A stretch of DNA of 64,000 nucleotides from Myxococcota bacterium (GTDB lineage: Bacteria > Myxococcota_A > SURF-8), in contig CAXXQS010000001.1 in the NCBI GenBank assembly GCA_963674735.2, positions 1,088,001-1,152,000 of the forward strand, read 5' to 3'. Below the pieces are notes generated by a model. It ran no database searches and was not told where the DNA came from. It saw only the letters and a program-made list of their open reading frames with translations. The position numbers and the translations under genes are program-made. Shown piece by piece: positions 38,935 through 48,809 of this stretch. Positions within the stretch are counted from its first letter, which is position 1. Each line of letters begins with the position of its first letter.

Positions 38935-39657
38935 ATGGAGACGCGTAACCCGTTAATTGTTGCTCTGGATGGCGATTGGAGTCTGGACGATCTGGTTAGC
39001 ACGGCAGGAAGCTTTGCCAAAAGCGTGGGCATGGCCAAAATCGGAAAACGTCTGTTCACGCGCTTTGGTCCGCCGTGTGTCCACGCGATGCACGCCCTCG
39101 ATCTCCCCGTCTTTCTGGACCTCAAGTTCCACGATATCCCCAATACGGTGGCGCAAGCTTGCGAAGAAGCCGTCAAATTGGGTGTGCGTATGCTGAACGT
39201 GCATGCATCCGGTGGTTACAACATGATGACACGAGCGGCTGAATCGGTCCAGGAGACGGCCTTTCGCCTCGATCTACCCAAGCCGGACCTGATCGCCGTG
39301 ACCGTTCTGACCAGTTTGGACCGCACCCAGATCGGCGAAGTCGGCATTGCGGGATCGGTATCCGATCAAGTCAAACGGCTGGCCGAACTCGCGCAAAAAT
39401 GCGGATTGGACGGTGTGGTCGCCTCACCGCATGAAACGCCGATCGTTCGGGAGGTCTGTGGACCGGATTTTCTTATCGTCACGCCTGGGGTCCGGCCGAA
39501 TTTGTTGGTGGCCAATGACGACCAACGGCGCGTCATGACGCCGAAGCATGCGATTGAACAGGGGGCCGACTACTTGGTCATCGGGCGTCCCATCGTCAAT
39601 GCCAGCGATCCCTCGGCGGCAGTCCGCAGTATTCTGGCCGAGATCGAGGCCAGCTGA
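38935..39657 (+). CDS. pyrF: Orotidine-5'-phosphate decarboxylase
   Basis: FLDLKFHDIPNTV, VTVLTS, VTPGVR, VIGRPI. Confidence 0.97.
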   Translation: METRNPLIVALDGDWSLDDLVSTAGSFAKSVGMAKIGKRLFTRFGPPCVHAMHALDLPVFLDLKFHDIPNTVAQACEEAVKLGVRMLNVHASGGYNMMTRAAESVQETAFRLDLPKPDLIAVTVLTSLDRTQIGEVGIAGSVSDQVKRLAELAQKCGLDGVVASPHETPIVREVCGPDFLIVTPGVRPNLLVANDDQRRVMTPKHAIEQGADYLVIGRPIVNASDPSAAVRSILAEIEAS

Positions 39658-40412
39658 TGGGGCGTTGTGTTTTCGGCGTACACCCCGTCCGGGAGTGGCT
39701 TCAAAGCCGAAGCAAACAAATCGACACAATCTATGTGAAAGATGGGGATGTGAGTGGGGTATTGCGTCCCTTGGTCGATAGTGCCAAGCGTAATGCCATC
39801 CCCATCAAGCGCGTTCGTCGTGAAGAACTCGATCGTCTGGTGAAAGGCGGCAACCATCAAGGTGTTGTGGCCCTCGTTTCCGAAGGCTTATCTGAAACAC
39901 TGAAATCACCCATCTTCGAAGATTGGCTTGGCGAAGTCGAGAATCTGGAAGCCAAGCCGGACATTCTTCTCCTGGATGGTGTGGAAGATCCCCATAACCT
40001 GGGAGCGCTTTTACGTTCGGCGGAATGTCTGGGAGCCGGGGCGATCATCATTCCGAAAGACCGATCCGCCCGTGTTACGGAAACCGTCGTGCGTGTTTCC
40101 GCCGGGGCGGCGGCCTATGTTCCGGTTGCAACAGCCACGAACTTGGTTCGCGCGATGAAGCAATTAAAGGATATCGGTTACTGGATGATCGGCTTGGACG
40201 CGGAGGCCTCCGATTCGATTTTCGATATCGAAATACCGGAACCGGTGGCTTGGGTTCTCGGAAATGAAGGGAAGGGAATACGGCGGCTGGTGCGGCAAAC
40301 CTGTGATCGACTTACCTCCATTCCTCGTATGGGTCGGCTGGGTTCACTAAACGTCTCCGTGACGGGTGGTATTGTTCTGGCAGAAACGTTGAGGCGTCGG
40401 AAAGCGGGTTAA
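39657..40412 (+). CDS. rlmB: 23S rRNA G2251 2'-O-methyltransferase (TrmH family)
   Basis: NHQGVVA, DPHNLGALLRSA, GNEGKGIR, SLNVSV. Confidence 0.92.
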   Translation: MGRCVFGVHPVREWLQSRSKQIDTIYVKDGDVSGVLRPLVDSAKRNAIPIKRVRREELDRLVKGGNHQGVVALVSEGLSETLKSPIFEDWLGEVENLEAKPDILLLDGVEDPHNLGALLRSAECLGAGAIIIPKDRSARVTETVVRVSAGAAAYVPVATATNLVRAMKQLKDIGYWMIGLDAEASDSIFDIEIPEPVAWVLGNEGKGIRRLVRQTCDRLTSIPRMGRLGSLNVSVTGGIVLAETLRRRKAG

Positions 40413-40527
40413 TGTGACGGTCCGTTTGGTTTAATATATTGACGATAGCCGTTAAAGCACATAACATATCAATGGGTTAGCGTTTATTGGGAGCTTTGGG
40501 GAAGTTTTGTTAATTACGTGAAATTCC

Positions 40528-40556
40528 TTGACACTTTTTGAGAAATTGCCTAATGT
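40528..40556 (+). promoter_or_regulatory. Putative sigma70 promoter of the 58-aa ORF
   Basis: TTGACA-N17-TAATGT. Confidence 0.5.
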
Positions 40557-40605
40557 GGCATGACTGAAACGTTAACTTGCTCAGTCAAAATGGTAGAGGC
40601 AAACA

Positions 40606-40782
40606 ATGTCTGTTGAAGAACAATTCGAAGTTTTCTACGATTATTTCTCGGATGAGGCGATCGAGAGCATGTTCAACAACCTCCCTCAAGAGACGTTGGA
40701 GGAGATGTTGCAGGTGATTACCTTGGTCGAGAAAAAAATTAGCGGCTACAAATCACGTATTAAAGAACTCGAAAACAGGTAA
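40606..40782 (+). CDS. Small acidic helical protein (58 aa)
   Basis: Hand translation MSVEEQFEVFYDYFSDEAIESMFNNLPQETLEEMLQVITLVEKKISGYKSRIKELENR; GAGG RBS; promoter and terminator flank it. Confidence 0.7.
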   Translation: MSVEEQFEVFYDYFSDEAIESMFNNLPQETLEEMLQVITLVEKKISGYKSRIKELENR

Positions 40783-40800
40783 TTCCTTTTTTTTCGAAAA

Positions 40801-40833
40801 CAAAACGCCACCCCGTCGATGGGTGGCGTTTTG
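40801..40833. terminator. Bidirectional intrinsic terminator
   Basis: CAAAACGCCACCC...GGGTGGCGTTTTG. Confidence 0.85.
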
Positions 40834-40916
40834 TCGTTGTAAAGTATGGAAATTACGCCCGATGTTGGGTTGATTGTTTCAATCGGATGAAACAGGTGCT
40901 GAATAGGCGTCAATTC

Positions 40917-41930
40917 CTATCTGAACAAAGCTAAGCCGGAAACTCCCAAAGAAATCCGCCAGACCCGATTGCCGCGCAGTTCCGTCACGTATAGCGAGCA
41001 GGGATCGAAACCGTCACCTTCTCCGAAAGCCAGGCTGGCAGGAGTCAACAAACCGCTTGCAATGGTTTGTGTTTCTCCTGTCGGACTGATCCGAATGATT
41101 TCTCCCATCACGTTGGCCGCGACATACAGGTAACCTTCGCTATCCATTGCAACGCCATCGTTCATGCTGCCGGGCGTAAGGTTGACAACGAGTTCCTTTT
41201 CGCCGGCTTGTCCATTGTCGATGGGGAGGCGGTATATCGGGCTGCCGTCTTCGAAAGTACTGGCGACATACAGCCAGTTCCCATCCGCCGTGAACACCAT
41301 TCCATTGGGTGATTCAATCGCATCGCTCCAGAGAGTTGCCTCGCCGTTGTCGGTCACTTCCCATATTTCAGGTACGTAATCGTCGCCGATCAGCCAGGTT
41401 CCCCAAGGCGTTCGGGTGACGAAATTGGGGTTCAAGATGGTTCCGGCTTCAAGCAAGAGACTGGAGGAACCATCGGGGGTTACGAGGTACAGGCTTCCAT
41501 CTTGAGTTTCATCGTCGAATTGCTCTCCCAGGGACGCCACGAGCAGATCGCCATTTTCATCAAACGCCATTCCGATCGCTTGCGGAATCTCCGAAAAAGT
41601 GCTGTAGCTACCATCCGGAGCGATGCGCAGGACTCTGTCGGTTTCGCTTACGTAAAGATGACCCAGTCCATCGAAAGCGATGCCTTCAGATTCGGCCAAG
41701 TCGGAGACGAATTCGAGTTTTTCACCCACTTCCAGATCGGTGAGGCATGCACTGACCGGCTCATCGGAATCGCCGTCCGCAACGGCGTCATCATCCGAAT
41801 CGCCATCGGCTGCAGGTGCATCCCCGTCAAGTGCGGATGTATCGTCATCCGATCCGCAGGCGTTTAGTGCCGCTATCATGATAATGAAACAACATAACCC
41901 AAGTAGACTGTAAAATGGTTGATTTCTCAT
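40917..41930 (-). CDS. SMP-30/gluconolactonase-family beta-propeller lipoprotein with DGD linker
   Basis: Lipobox LNA-C; EGIAFD, PNGMVF..LYVAS, DGVAMDSEGYLYVA, TPASLAFG. Confidence 0.85.
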   Translation of the reverse strand: MRNQPFYSLLGLCCFIIMIAALNACGSDDDTSALDGDAPAADGDSDDDAVADGDSDEPVSACLTDLEVGEKLEFVSDLAESEGIAFDGLGHLYVSETDRVLRIAPDGSYSTFSEIPQAIGMAFDENGDLLVASLGEQFDDETQDGSLYLVTPDGSSSLLLEAGTILNPNFVTRTPWGTWLIGDDYVPEIWEVTDNGEATLWSDAIESPNGMVFTADGNWLYVASTFEDGSPIYRLPIDNGQAGEKELVVNLTPGSMNDGVAMDSEGYLYVAANVMGEIIRISPTGETQTIASGLLTPASLAFGEGDGFDPCSLYVTELRGNRVWRISLGVSGLALFR

Positions 41931-41943
41931 TGTTTCCCCCTGT

Positions 41944-44136
41944 TTATTCGTTCACATCCGGAATATCCGAGGTAGCCGGATCTCCGACAACGGAGAACAT
42001 AATCTTGAATTTATCGATGTATTCCTGTGTGACATCCGACATGCCTTTTCCCTGGCCGTGACCGGCGCGACGGTCGATGTGGAAAAGGATCGGAGCGTCT
42101 GATGCGGTCGCTGCTTGCAGGGCTGCAACAAACTTGGCGGTATGCACCCAATGGACACGCGTGTCGGTATCAGCGGTATGACCGAAAAAGGCCGGGTAAC
42201 GAACTCCGGGAAGAACTTGGTGGTAAGGCGAATAACCAAGCAGATATCCGGTGTCGTCGGGATTGTCGGTCGACCCGTATTCCGGCACCCAAAGTTCACC
42301 TGGAGGGAAACGGTGGTACCGAATCATGTCGTACAATCCAACCGAGGACATTCCCAGAGCGAAAAGGTAGGGGGTGGAAACCGTCATGGCTCCAACCAGC
42401 AATCCGCCGTTTGATCCGCCTTCCAAGACCAGCTTGGCGGGGCGTGTATATCCCTTGGTGATCAGATAGCGGGCGGCATATTCGAAATCCTTGAAAACCT
42501 GGAACTTTTTGCCACGCATTCCGGCTTCATGCCAGGCTTCGCCGTATTCGCCGCCTCCGCGGATATTAGCAACGGCATAGACCCCGCCTCGATCGATCCA
42601 AGTCGCGACGCGCCGTGAAAAATAGGGGGCCATATTCACCTGGAATCCACCGTAACCATAAAGCAGGGTAGGGGTCGAACCGTTGAGAATCAGGCCCTTT
42701 TTGTGTACGATGAACATGTTGACCCGGGTTCCATCGAAGGATGGGTATGTCACTTGATGGGCCTCGAACAAATCCGGGTCCAGCGGGGTTTCGATGGCGG
42801 CAAGAACGCGGGCCGTTGGTTCGGGTGTGTTAAGCGAGGCGCCGTAAAGAGTGGGAGGATGAAAGAAGGAATTGAAAACGAAGGTCAACTCGCCGGTGTC
42901 TTTTTCCAGGTCGTAGCTTTCGATCATGCCGAAGGTCGGGAGAGTCACTTCCGAGATACACTCGCCTGTTATCGAAAAGACGTTCAGATGATGCGAGACC
43001 TTTTTCAACGAGAGAGTCAGAATGCGGTCTATGGCGATTTGAAAGCTTTCAATCGGCCAATCGCTTTCCTGGATGACGGTTTCCCAGTGTTCTGGGGCAG
43101 CCTTTTGGGGCGTAAATGCCACCAGACGGCTTTTAGGAGCCTGATAATTGGTTAGGGCATAGATCTTCCCCTCGACCATTTGAAGGTCTAAAATACTGGC
43201 GTCTAGGTCGGTTAAAAGAGGACGTCGTTTTTTTGTTTTAGTGTCGAAAAGGTAAAGGTCGGTGTTGGACCATCCACGATGTTCGCTGATCAACAAAGTG
43301 TGACCGTCGTCCGACAATTCAAGGCTGGTCCAATCGGTTTTGTCGCGCTTCTCACCGAAGATCAAGGCATCTTTCTGTGGATCATCGCCCAGTTTGTGAT
43401 AATAAGCTTTCCGATTGTAGCGGTCTCCCGCCTCATACCTGGTGTAATAGAAACCGTCTGAATCCGGGGTCCACGCGAGCGATGCGTGTCGCGCTTCAGG
43501 AATGGTGTCGCTAAGAGCCGTATTTGTTTCGACGTCTAAAATGTATAGCGTACTGTTTTCGCTTCCATCTTTCGATAGCCCATAAGCCAGGAGTTTGCCG
43601 TTGGGAGAAGGATAGGCCCAGTCAATGGCGGTCTTGAATTCCGGATCGATCTGATTGGGATTGATAAGCACGCGCTCTCCGGTGGCGTCGCGAACATATA
43701 AAGCGGCCTGTTCCATGTCCCCATCACGCTTGACGAAAAACGTCCGATCTCCCCTGGTTTGAGGGTTGGCAAGATATCCAACGGAAAAATGTGCCTTCAC
43801 CTGCTGTTCCAGCCCTTCAAACTCGTATTGCTCCAGGTAGTGTTGAGTCAGCTTCTGCTGCGCCTCGATCCAGGCTTCCGTCGTTGCTTGGTCATTTTCC
43901 ATCCAGCGATAGGGGTCGGAAATGGAATAGCCATGAATGTCCTCGATTTGAGACAGGTCGGCTGCTGCGGCTGGATAAGTAGGCCGATTCATGGGGGGCG
44001 TCTCAGTATCTTTGCTTTCTGAAGCAGGTTTGGACGAACCGCACCGTTCGGACACGCTTGCACATGCTCCCAGAAGAACCATTATCAAGATCGAGATCAA
44101 ACCTGTGAGCAACATGCGGTGAAGAATAGCAATCAT
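41944..44136 (-). CDS. Prolyl oligopeptidase (S9A), probable lipoprotein
   Basis: DPYRWME, LYGYGGF, NIRGGGEYGEAWH, GGSNGGLL, DTRV, AGHG; lipobox LGA-C; start uncertain. Confidence 0.93.
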   Translation of the reverse strand: MIAILHRMLLTGLISILIMVLLGACASVSERCGSSKPASESKDTETPPMNRPTYPAAAADLSQIEDIHGYSISDPYRWMENDQATTEAWIEAQQKLTQHYLEQYEFEGLEQQVKAHFSVGYLANPQTRGDRTFFVKRDGDMEQAALYVRDATGERVLINPNQIDPEFKTAIDWAYPSPNGKLLAYGLSKDGSENSTLYILDVETNTALSDTIPEARHASLAWTPDSDGFYYTRYEAGDRYNRKAYYHKLGDDPQKDALIFGEKRDKTDWTSLELSDDGHTLLISEHRGWSNTDLYLFDTKTKKRRPLLTDLDASILDLQMVEGKIYALTNYQAPKSRLVAFTPQKAAPEHWETVIQESDWPIESFQIAIDRILTLSLKKVSHHLNVFSITGECISEVTLPTFGMIESYDLEKDTGELTFVFNSFFHPPTLYGASLNTPEPTARVLAAIETPLDPDLFEAHQVTYPSFDGTRVNMFIVHKKGLILNGSTPTLLYGYGGFQVNMAPYFSRRVATWIDRGGVYAVANIRGGGEYGEAWHEAGMRGKKFQVFKDFEYAARYLITKGYTRPAKLVLEGGSNGGLLVGAMTVSTPYLFALGMSSVGLYDMIRYHRFPPGELWVPEYGSTDNPDDTGYLLGYSPYHQVLPGVRYPAFFGHTADTDTRVHWVHTAKFVAALQAATASDAPILFHIDRRAGHGQGKGMSDVTQEYIDKFKIMFSVVGDPATSDIPDVNE

Positions 44137-44466
44137 GTGTTGTGCCTTTATTGAAAATTTGGGATCAATCGATTTTCGCTCAGCCACATACTAGCGAATT
44201 CTTGAATACGGGGCAAGTTTGCCATGTTAGGAAACGAAAAAGGTGAGAATCAATGTGAGGTGGAGAATTGCAGATGGGAAGGTGATGAGGGGATTAAATT
44301 CAATTAATAACCGAGTTCTTCTTGATTTTACGGCTTTGTCAATGTAACCTTCTATATAAGCCGTTTCACATGTACGTTTCAGTGCAGAAGTAAAAAGTGT
44401 TGTATATCGTTTCTTTTAAGACAGAGAACGGATCTCTGTTGATAATTGCAAGGGTTTTTGTATCTC

Positions 44467-45003
44467 ATGGCAAGGATTCGAAGCATAGAAGACCACGAAG
44501 TTGATAATGGGTTACGTGAAATCTTCCAGGCATCAAAAAAACGATATAATGTAGTCCCCAATATTATTCGCACATTAGCTCACTGGCCGGACTATCTTCG
44601 CCTGTTTTGGATTACCAACGAAACGATGTTTGAAGACAACGGCGGATCGATTGACCCGGCCACTCGGCATATGATCGCCTTGCTTGTTTGTCGCAATCTG
44701 CATTGCCATTATGGGTATGCGTGGCATATGTTGAATTTGCGGCAATTGGGCGTATCGAGTGAAATGGTTGCCGCATTATCGGAAAGCTTTCGGAATGCAG
44801 AGCTAAGCGATCGCCAAAAAACCATTTTGGCCTACGCCGAAAAGATGACTCGGTCGGCTTATGCCGTTAGCGATCGGGAGATCGATCGGCTGAAAAGCCA
44901 TGACCTTGGTGACAAAGAGATCGTTACAATTACCGCCGTGACGGCTTTTACCACTTCTTACGCTCAAATAGCCCTCGCGCTGGGCGTCCCTTTCGAATCC
45001 TAG
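44467..45003 (+). CDS. AhpD/carboxymuconolactone decarboxylase-like (peroxidase-related) protein
   Basis: VPNIIRTLAH, HMIALLVCRNLHCHYG..H, LAYAEKMT, LGDKEIV. Confidence 0.75.
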   Translation: MARIRSIEDHEVDNGLREIFQASKKRYNVVPNIIRTLAHWPDYLRLFWITNETMFEDNGGSIDPATRHMIALLVCRNLHCHYGYAWHMLNLRQLGVSSEMVAALSESFRNAELSDRQKTILAYAEKMTRSAYAVSDREIDRLKSHDLGDKEIVTITAVTAFTTSYAQIALALGVPFES

Positions 45004-45052
45004 ACTCCTAGACGTACAGAGATCAAAAGGAACACCCAGAGAGAGGTCTGGG

Positions 45053-45817
45053 TTACTTTCTGCCGGTTGCCGGTTTGTGCTTGGGACCGGCAGGAGGCGC
45101 CGGGGGCATCCCAGGCATCGTGGGCATGGTTTGCTTGGTATAACCTGCGGGAGGTACGAACAAATCGGCGGTTTCGGGGATTTCCTTAGCTGCCCGCAGT
45201 TCGGTGAACTCGTATTTGCCATCTTCACGGTTACGCACGGTCTTGACCGGAAAGCCTTTCTCGAAGGTCTTAATCAGGCCGGAAAAGAAGGCGGTGGCGG
45301 GAGAGTTCGGATTTTGCGCTCCGGTCATTTGGAAAAAACTTCTGTAGGTTTCCGCGATTCCTGCCTTGTTGAAACGATCGGTTACCCAGATTTCGCCTTG
45401 TGGTTTGCCTTCTTTGATCAAGGTCAGCTTTTTGCAGGTGAAACCGTTTAGCGTTTCCGTTTTTTTACTGTCTTTGATTTGGATGTCCGGGGTGCCTTGC
45501 GCTTCCGAGATTGTTTTCAAGATACGCTGCATCTGTTCGGCCACGGCTTTGATCTGCATCTCCACATAAGCCTTTTGCTCATGCTGGAGAATGTACATGC
45601 GGTCGCCGGCGAAATCCATAATCACGCTTGATTTCATCTGCGGGTTATCGGCGCGCATGCGGTTTTTTCCAAATGTGACAACGGATTGCATACTTGGACC
45701 ATCCGGACCAAGCCCCTCAACCTGTTCCATGCGCCATGCCGCTTGGGAAGGGGCTGCAAAAGAAAAGAAAATGAGGGTGATGAGTGTCGCTAAACAGCCT
45801 TTCGAGATAACGTGCAT
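45053..45817 (-). CDS. Secreted DUF4412-like protein
   Basis: Signal peptide ending SQA; MRAD, KAYVEM, ETLNGFTCKK, EIWVT, GFPVK, LFVPPAGY. Confidence 0.7.
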   Translation of the reverse strand: MHVISKGCLATLITLIFFSFAAPSQAAWRMEQVEGLGPDGPSMQSVVTFGKNRMRADNPQMKSSVIMDFAGDRMYILQHEQKAYVEMQIKAVAEQMQRILKTISEAQGTPDIQIKDSKKTETLNGFTCKKLTLIKEGKPQGEIWVTDRFNKAGIAETYRSFFQMTGAQNPNSPATAFFSGLIKTFEKGFPVKTVRNREDGKYEFTELRAAKEIPETADLFVPPAGYTKQTMPTMPGMPPAPPAGPKHKPATGRK

Positions 45818-45865
45818 CCTTGGCTCCTTACGTGATTGAGGGCACAGCGAAATAAGTTTTAACAT

Positions 45866-46405
45866 TTACTGAACGGGATCGCGATCCGATTCCTCTGGTT
45901 TGTTCGTTCGTTCTGCCTCTGCGGTGGCGGCGTCCGGGTCGACATTGAACGCGTATTTGAGGATGCCGACTTTCCTCGCTTCATCGATGAAATGGATCAC
46001 TCTTCCGTGGGTCACTTCGGTGTCGGCCTGGATGACCATGGTGAGTTCATTGCGCGCGATCAAGCGAAGCTGGCTGCTGGATAGGCTTTTTCCCTCGGTT
46101 TCAAGAGTTTTGCGTTTTTCCTCGATAAAATCGTTGAAAATCTGTGTGAATTCCTCTTGAATATTAGCAGGATCCAGCTCCTTTTCTCCGATCACAACCG
46201 ATCCGTTCTTTCCGAGCAACAAGGAAAATTGGTTGCGTTCCTTGCGTTCACCCGTATCGGCAGAGGGAAGCTCCATATCGATAGCCGGTTTTACGATGAA
46301 CGTGGCCGTGACCATGAAAATGATTAGCAATACCAAGACGATGTCGACAAGTGGGACAACATTGATCTCAGTAATAAGGTCGTCGTTTTGTGCGCCTCCG
46401 TGCAT
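45866..46405 (-). CDS. ExbD/TolR-family biopolymer transport protein
   Basis: EINVVPLVDIVLVLLIIFMVT, IQADTEVTHGRV. Confidence 0.9.
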   Translation of the reverse strand: MHGGAQNDDLITEINVVPLVDIVLVLLIIFMVTATFIVKPAIDMELPSADTGERKERNQFSLLLGKNGSVVIGEKELDPANIQEEFTQIFNDFIEEKRKTLETEGKSLSSSQLRLIARNELTMVIQADTEVTHGRVIHFIDEARKVGILKYAFNVDPDAATAEAERTNKPEESDRDPVQ

Positions 46406-46416
46406 GATGCGGTCTC

Positions 46417-47067
46417 CTAGTTGGAGGAACCGTCCGACGGCGAAGTCGAACGATTCTCAGCGATGAAGGCGATTAGCGTTCTCTGGATCTGATTGACATT
46501 ACTTAGAATTCGTTTTTGGCGATTTTTAAAATAGTTGAAGAAGATGACGGCCGGAATCGCGACCAGCAATCCAACGGCCGTGGCGACCAAAGCCTCGGCG
46601 ATGCCTGCCATAACGACGGACGGTCCTCCCTGGGCATTGGCGGAGAGATCGTGGAACGCCTTGATGATACCGAGGACCGTTCCCAGAAGGCCGATAAAGG
46701 GCGCGTTGGAGCCGATCGTTCCGAGGATGATCAGGCCTCGGTCGAGCGACTGCTGTTGCTTGAGGGCCATGGATTCCATCAGTTCATTGGCCACCACTTC
46801 GCCTTTGTCGAAATTTCGAAGTCCCTCACCGACGACGGCCGCTTCTGCCGCACGTAGCGAGTCGGTCATGGCAAGGGCGGATTCGAAATCGTCCGCATTA
46901 AGTTTGTCGACTAACTTCGACGCGAATTCGCCAATATCGAGGCGATAGCGAAAGAAGAAAACATAGCGCTCTATAACGACGGCAATTGATAAAAAGCTAA
47001 GGAATATCAACAGGTATAGAATCGGTTCGCCGCCGATCAAGGCGATTTTCAAAAACTGCTCGATCAT
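46417..47067 (-). CDS. MotA/TolQ/ExbB proton channel protein
   Basis: LGTIGSNAPFIGLLGTVLGII, GIAEALVATAVGLLVAIPA. Confidence 0.92.
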   Translation of the reverse strand: MIEQFLKIALIGGEPILYLLIFLSFLSIAVVIERYVFFFRYRLDIGEFASKLVDKLNADDFESALAMTDSLRAAEAAVVGEGLRNFDKGEVVANELMESMALKQQQSLDRGLIILGTIGSNAPFIGLLGTVLGIIKAFHDLSANAQGGPSVVMAGIAEALVATAVGLLVAIPAVIFFNYFKNRQKRILSNVNQIQRTLIAFIAENRSTSPSDGSSN

Positions 47068-47504
47068 AGCCTAAACCCCTTTTGCAAGCCCTGATTCAAA
47101 GCCGAAGTGATGTTTGAAAGCACAAATACGGACGCATGATTTAGCACCGTCTCAACGGTCGATTAGACTAGCAGATCTGTTTCAGCGGGTCAATCATTCC
47201 GCTTTATCATCTTTCGGGCACCATTTAACACCGATCTTCTACAAGTGCGAGTGAGATGTTAATGAAAATGCTTATTGTTTTCAACAAGAAGTCGATTAAT
47301 TAATGAGAAGCTCGGCATTGAATGCGTATTGACAAAACCTGTTTGACTCAACTGATAAGTGCCGAGAAAAGTAAGGGTGGTTCATGTAACTTCGCGTGTA
47401 CGGTGGGTTTTTAGGCCTTACTAACTTGACGGATTCACGATCGAAGAGGTATAATTAATAGAAAGTGTTTCGAAAAACCTTACTCTTCTGGAAGTAGATC
47501 GAAC

Positions 47505-48737
47505 GTGACCCGACGACTAAGACGCTTACTTCATTCTTTACCGGTGATCGGTCACATGCGACGTAACCGAGAAAATGGCGGGAAAAATAGGGTGGTAACG
47601 AAAATACAACAGTTATACCGTAAATTGAACCCGGCTCCATCGCCGTTTTTCTATCCAGAACAACGCCATGACTATATCTTTAAAAAAATTGCCAAGCGAA
47701 GTATTCAGGTTATTACGGAAGACGACATCACCCTGACCATCACAAACAAGCATCCGCGAATAAAAAGCAAAAACATGTATCCGGTGCTGTGCCTACCGGG
47801 ATTAGCGGAAACCCGCTTCGTTCTCGATCAAGCTCTGGGTAACAGTTTTGTCGATTATCTGGCGCTCAATGGCTTCGACGTTTATATGGCCGAGATGCGG
47901 GGCCATGGTAAAAGCCTGCATCTAAAAGAACGTTACAATTGGAATGTACAGACATTTTTAGACTTTGACGTCCCTGCCATCGTCAATAAGGTTATTGAGG
48001 AATCAGGTCAGAAACAGCTCCTATGGGTTGGACATTCCATGGGAGGAATGCTGCTTTTAGCTTACCTCATTTCGGCCGGCCTTCATAAAGACAAAAACAT
48101 TTACGATTCATCCGTTATTCGGGGCGGCATCACCGTCGGTTCTCCCGTTACCTTCGATCAGCCCTCGCTTGTTGCCTTGTCGCTGCTCTGGCGTTCGACA
48201 CCGTTGTCCCGCTTGCCCTTTCTCCCGACGGATTTTCTGGCCAATCTTCTCTCCGTGATGGGTGTTGTTCTCGATTCGCCGCTCACTTACCATTTCTGGA
48301 ATTGGAAGAATATGGAGCAGAACAACAAGGTTCTGTACCTCAAAGACGGCATCGACAATATGGCTCAGGGCGTGATGCGTGATTTCATGGAGTACGCGCT
48401 GGTGGGGGACTTCTGTTCCTCCGATGGAAAGATCAACTATCGCGAGAATCTGTTCTTGGTCAATACCCCGCTTCTAATGGTGGGCGGATCCAAAGATCCT
48501 CTGGCTTCACCGGATGGTCAAAAGGTCATTTTCGACAACATTTCAAGCCAAGATAAAGAGTTGCGTGTATTTGGAACACGCGGGTTCATGTCGCGTAAAG
48601 GTCAGCGCATCAACATGAAGGACAGAACGGATTACGGTCACGTCGACCTGACGCTCGGCCTCCATTCGAAGGACGAAGTTTGGCCTTACATGTTGAACTG
48701 GCTGCGAAAAAGGGCGAAAGTGAACAACGGAAGCTGA
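47505..48737 (+). CDS. Alpha/beta hydrolase (lipase/PhaC-like fold)
   Basis: EMRGHG, WVGHSMGG, KDPL, YGHVDL; start uncertain. Confidence 0.85.
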   Translation: MTRRLRRLLHSLPVIGHMRRNRENGGKNRVVTKIQQLYRKLNPAPSPFFYPEQRHDYIFKKIAKRSIQVITEDDITLTITNKHPRIKSKNMYPVLCLPGLAETRFVLDQALGNSFVDYLALNGFDVYMAEMRGHGKSLHLKERYNWNVQTFLDFDVPAIVNKVIEESGQKQLLWVGHSMGGMLLLAYLISAGLHKDKNIYDSSVIRGGITVGSPVTFDQPSLVALSLLWRSTPLSRLPFLPTDFLANLLSVMGVVLDSPLTYHFWNWKNMEQNNKVLYLKDGIDNMAQGVMRDFMEYALVGDFCSSDGKINYRENLFLVNTPLLMVGGSKDPLASPDGQKVIFDNISSQDKELRVFGTRGFMSRKGQRINMKDRTDYGHVDLTLGLHSKDEVWPYMLNWLRKRAKVNNGS

Positions 48738-48809
48738 AAACGCTCCTATGCTTTTCTTCTCATGTTTCGACATTCCTGAACCGGTTTGTGTGCATGATTC
48801 GTTGCTGAT

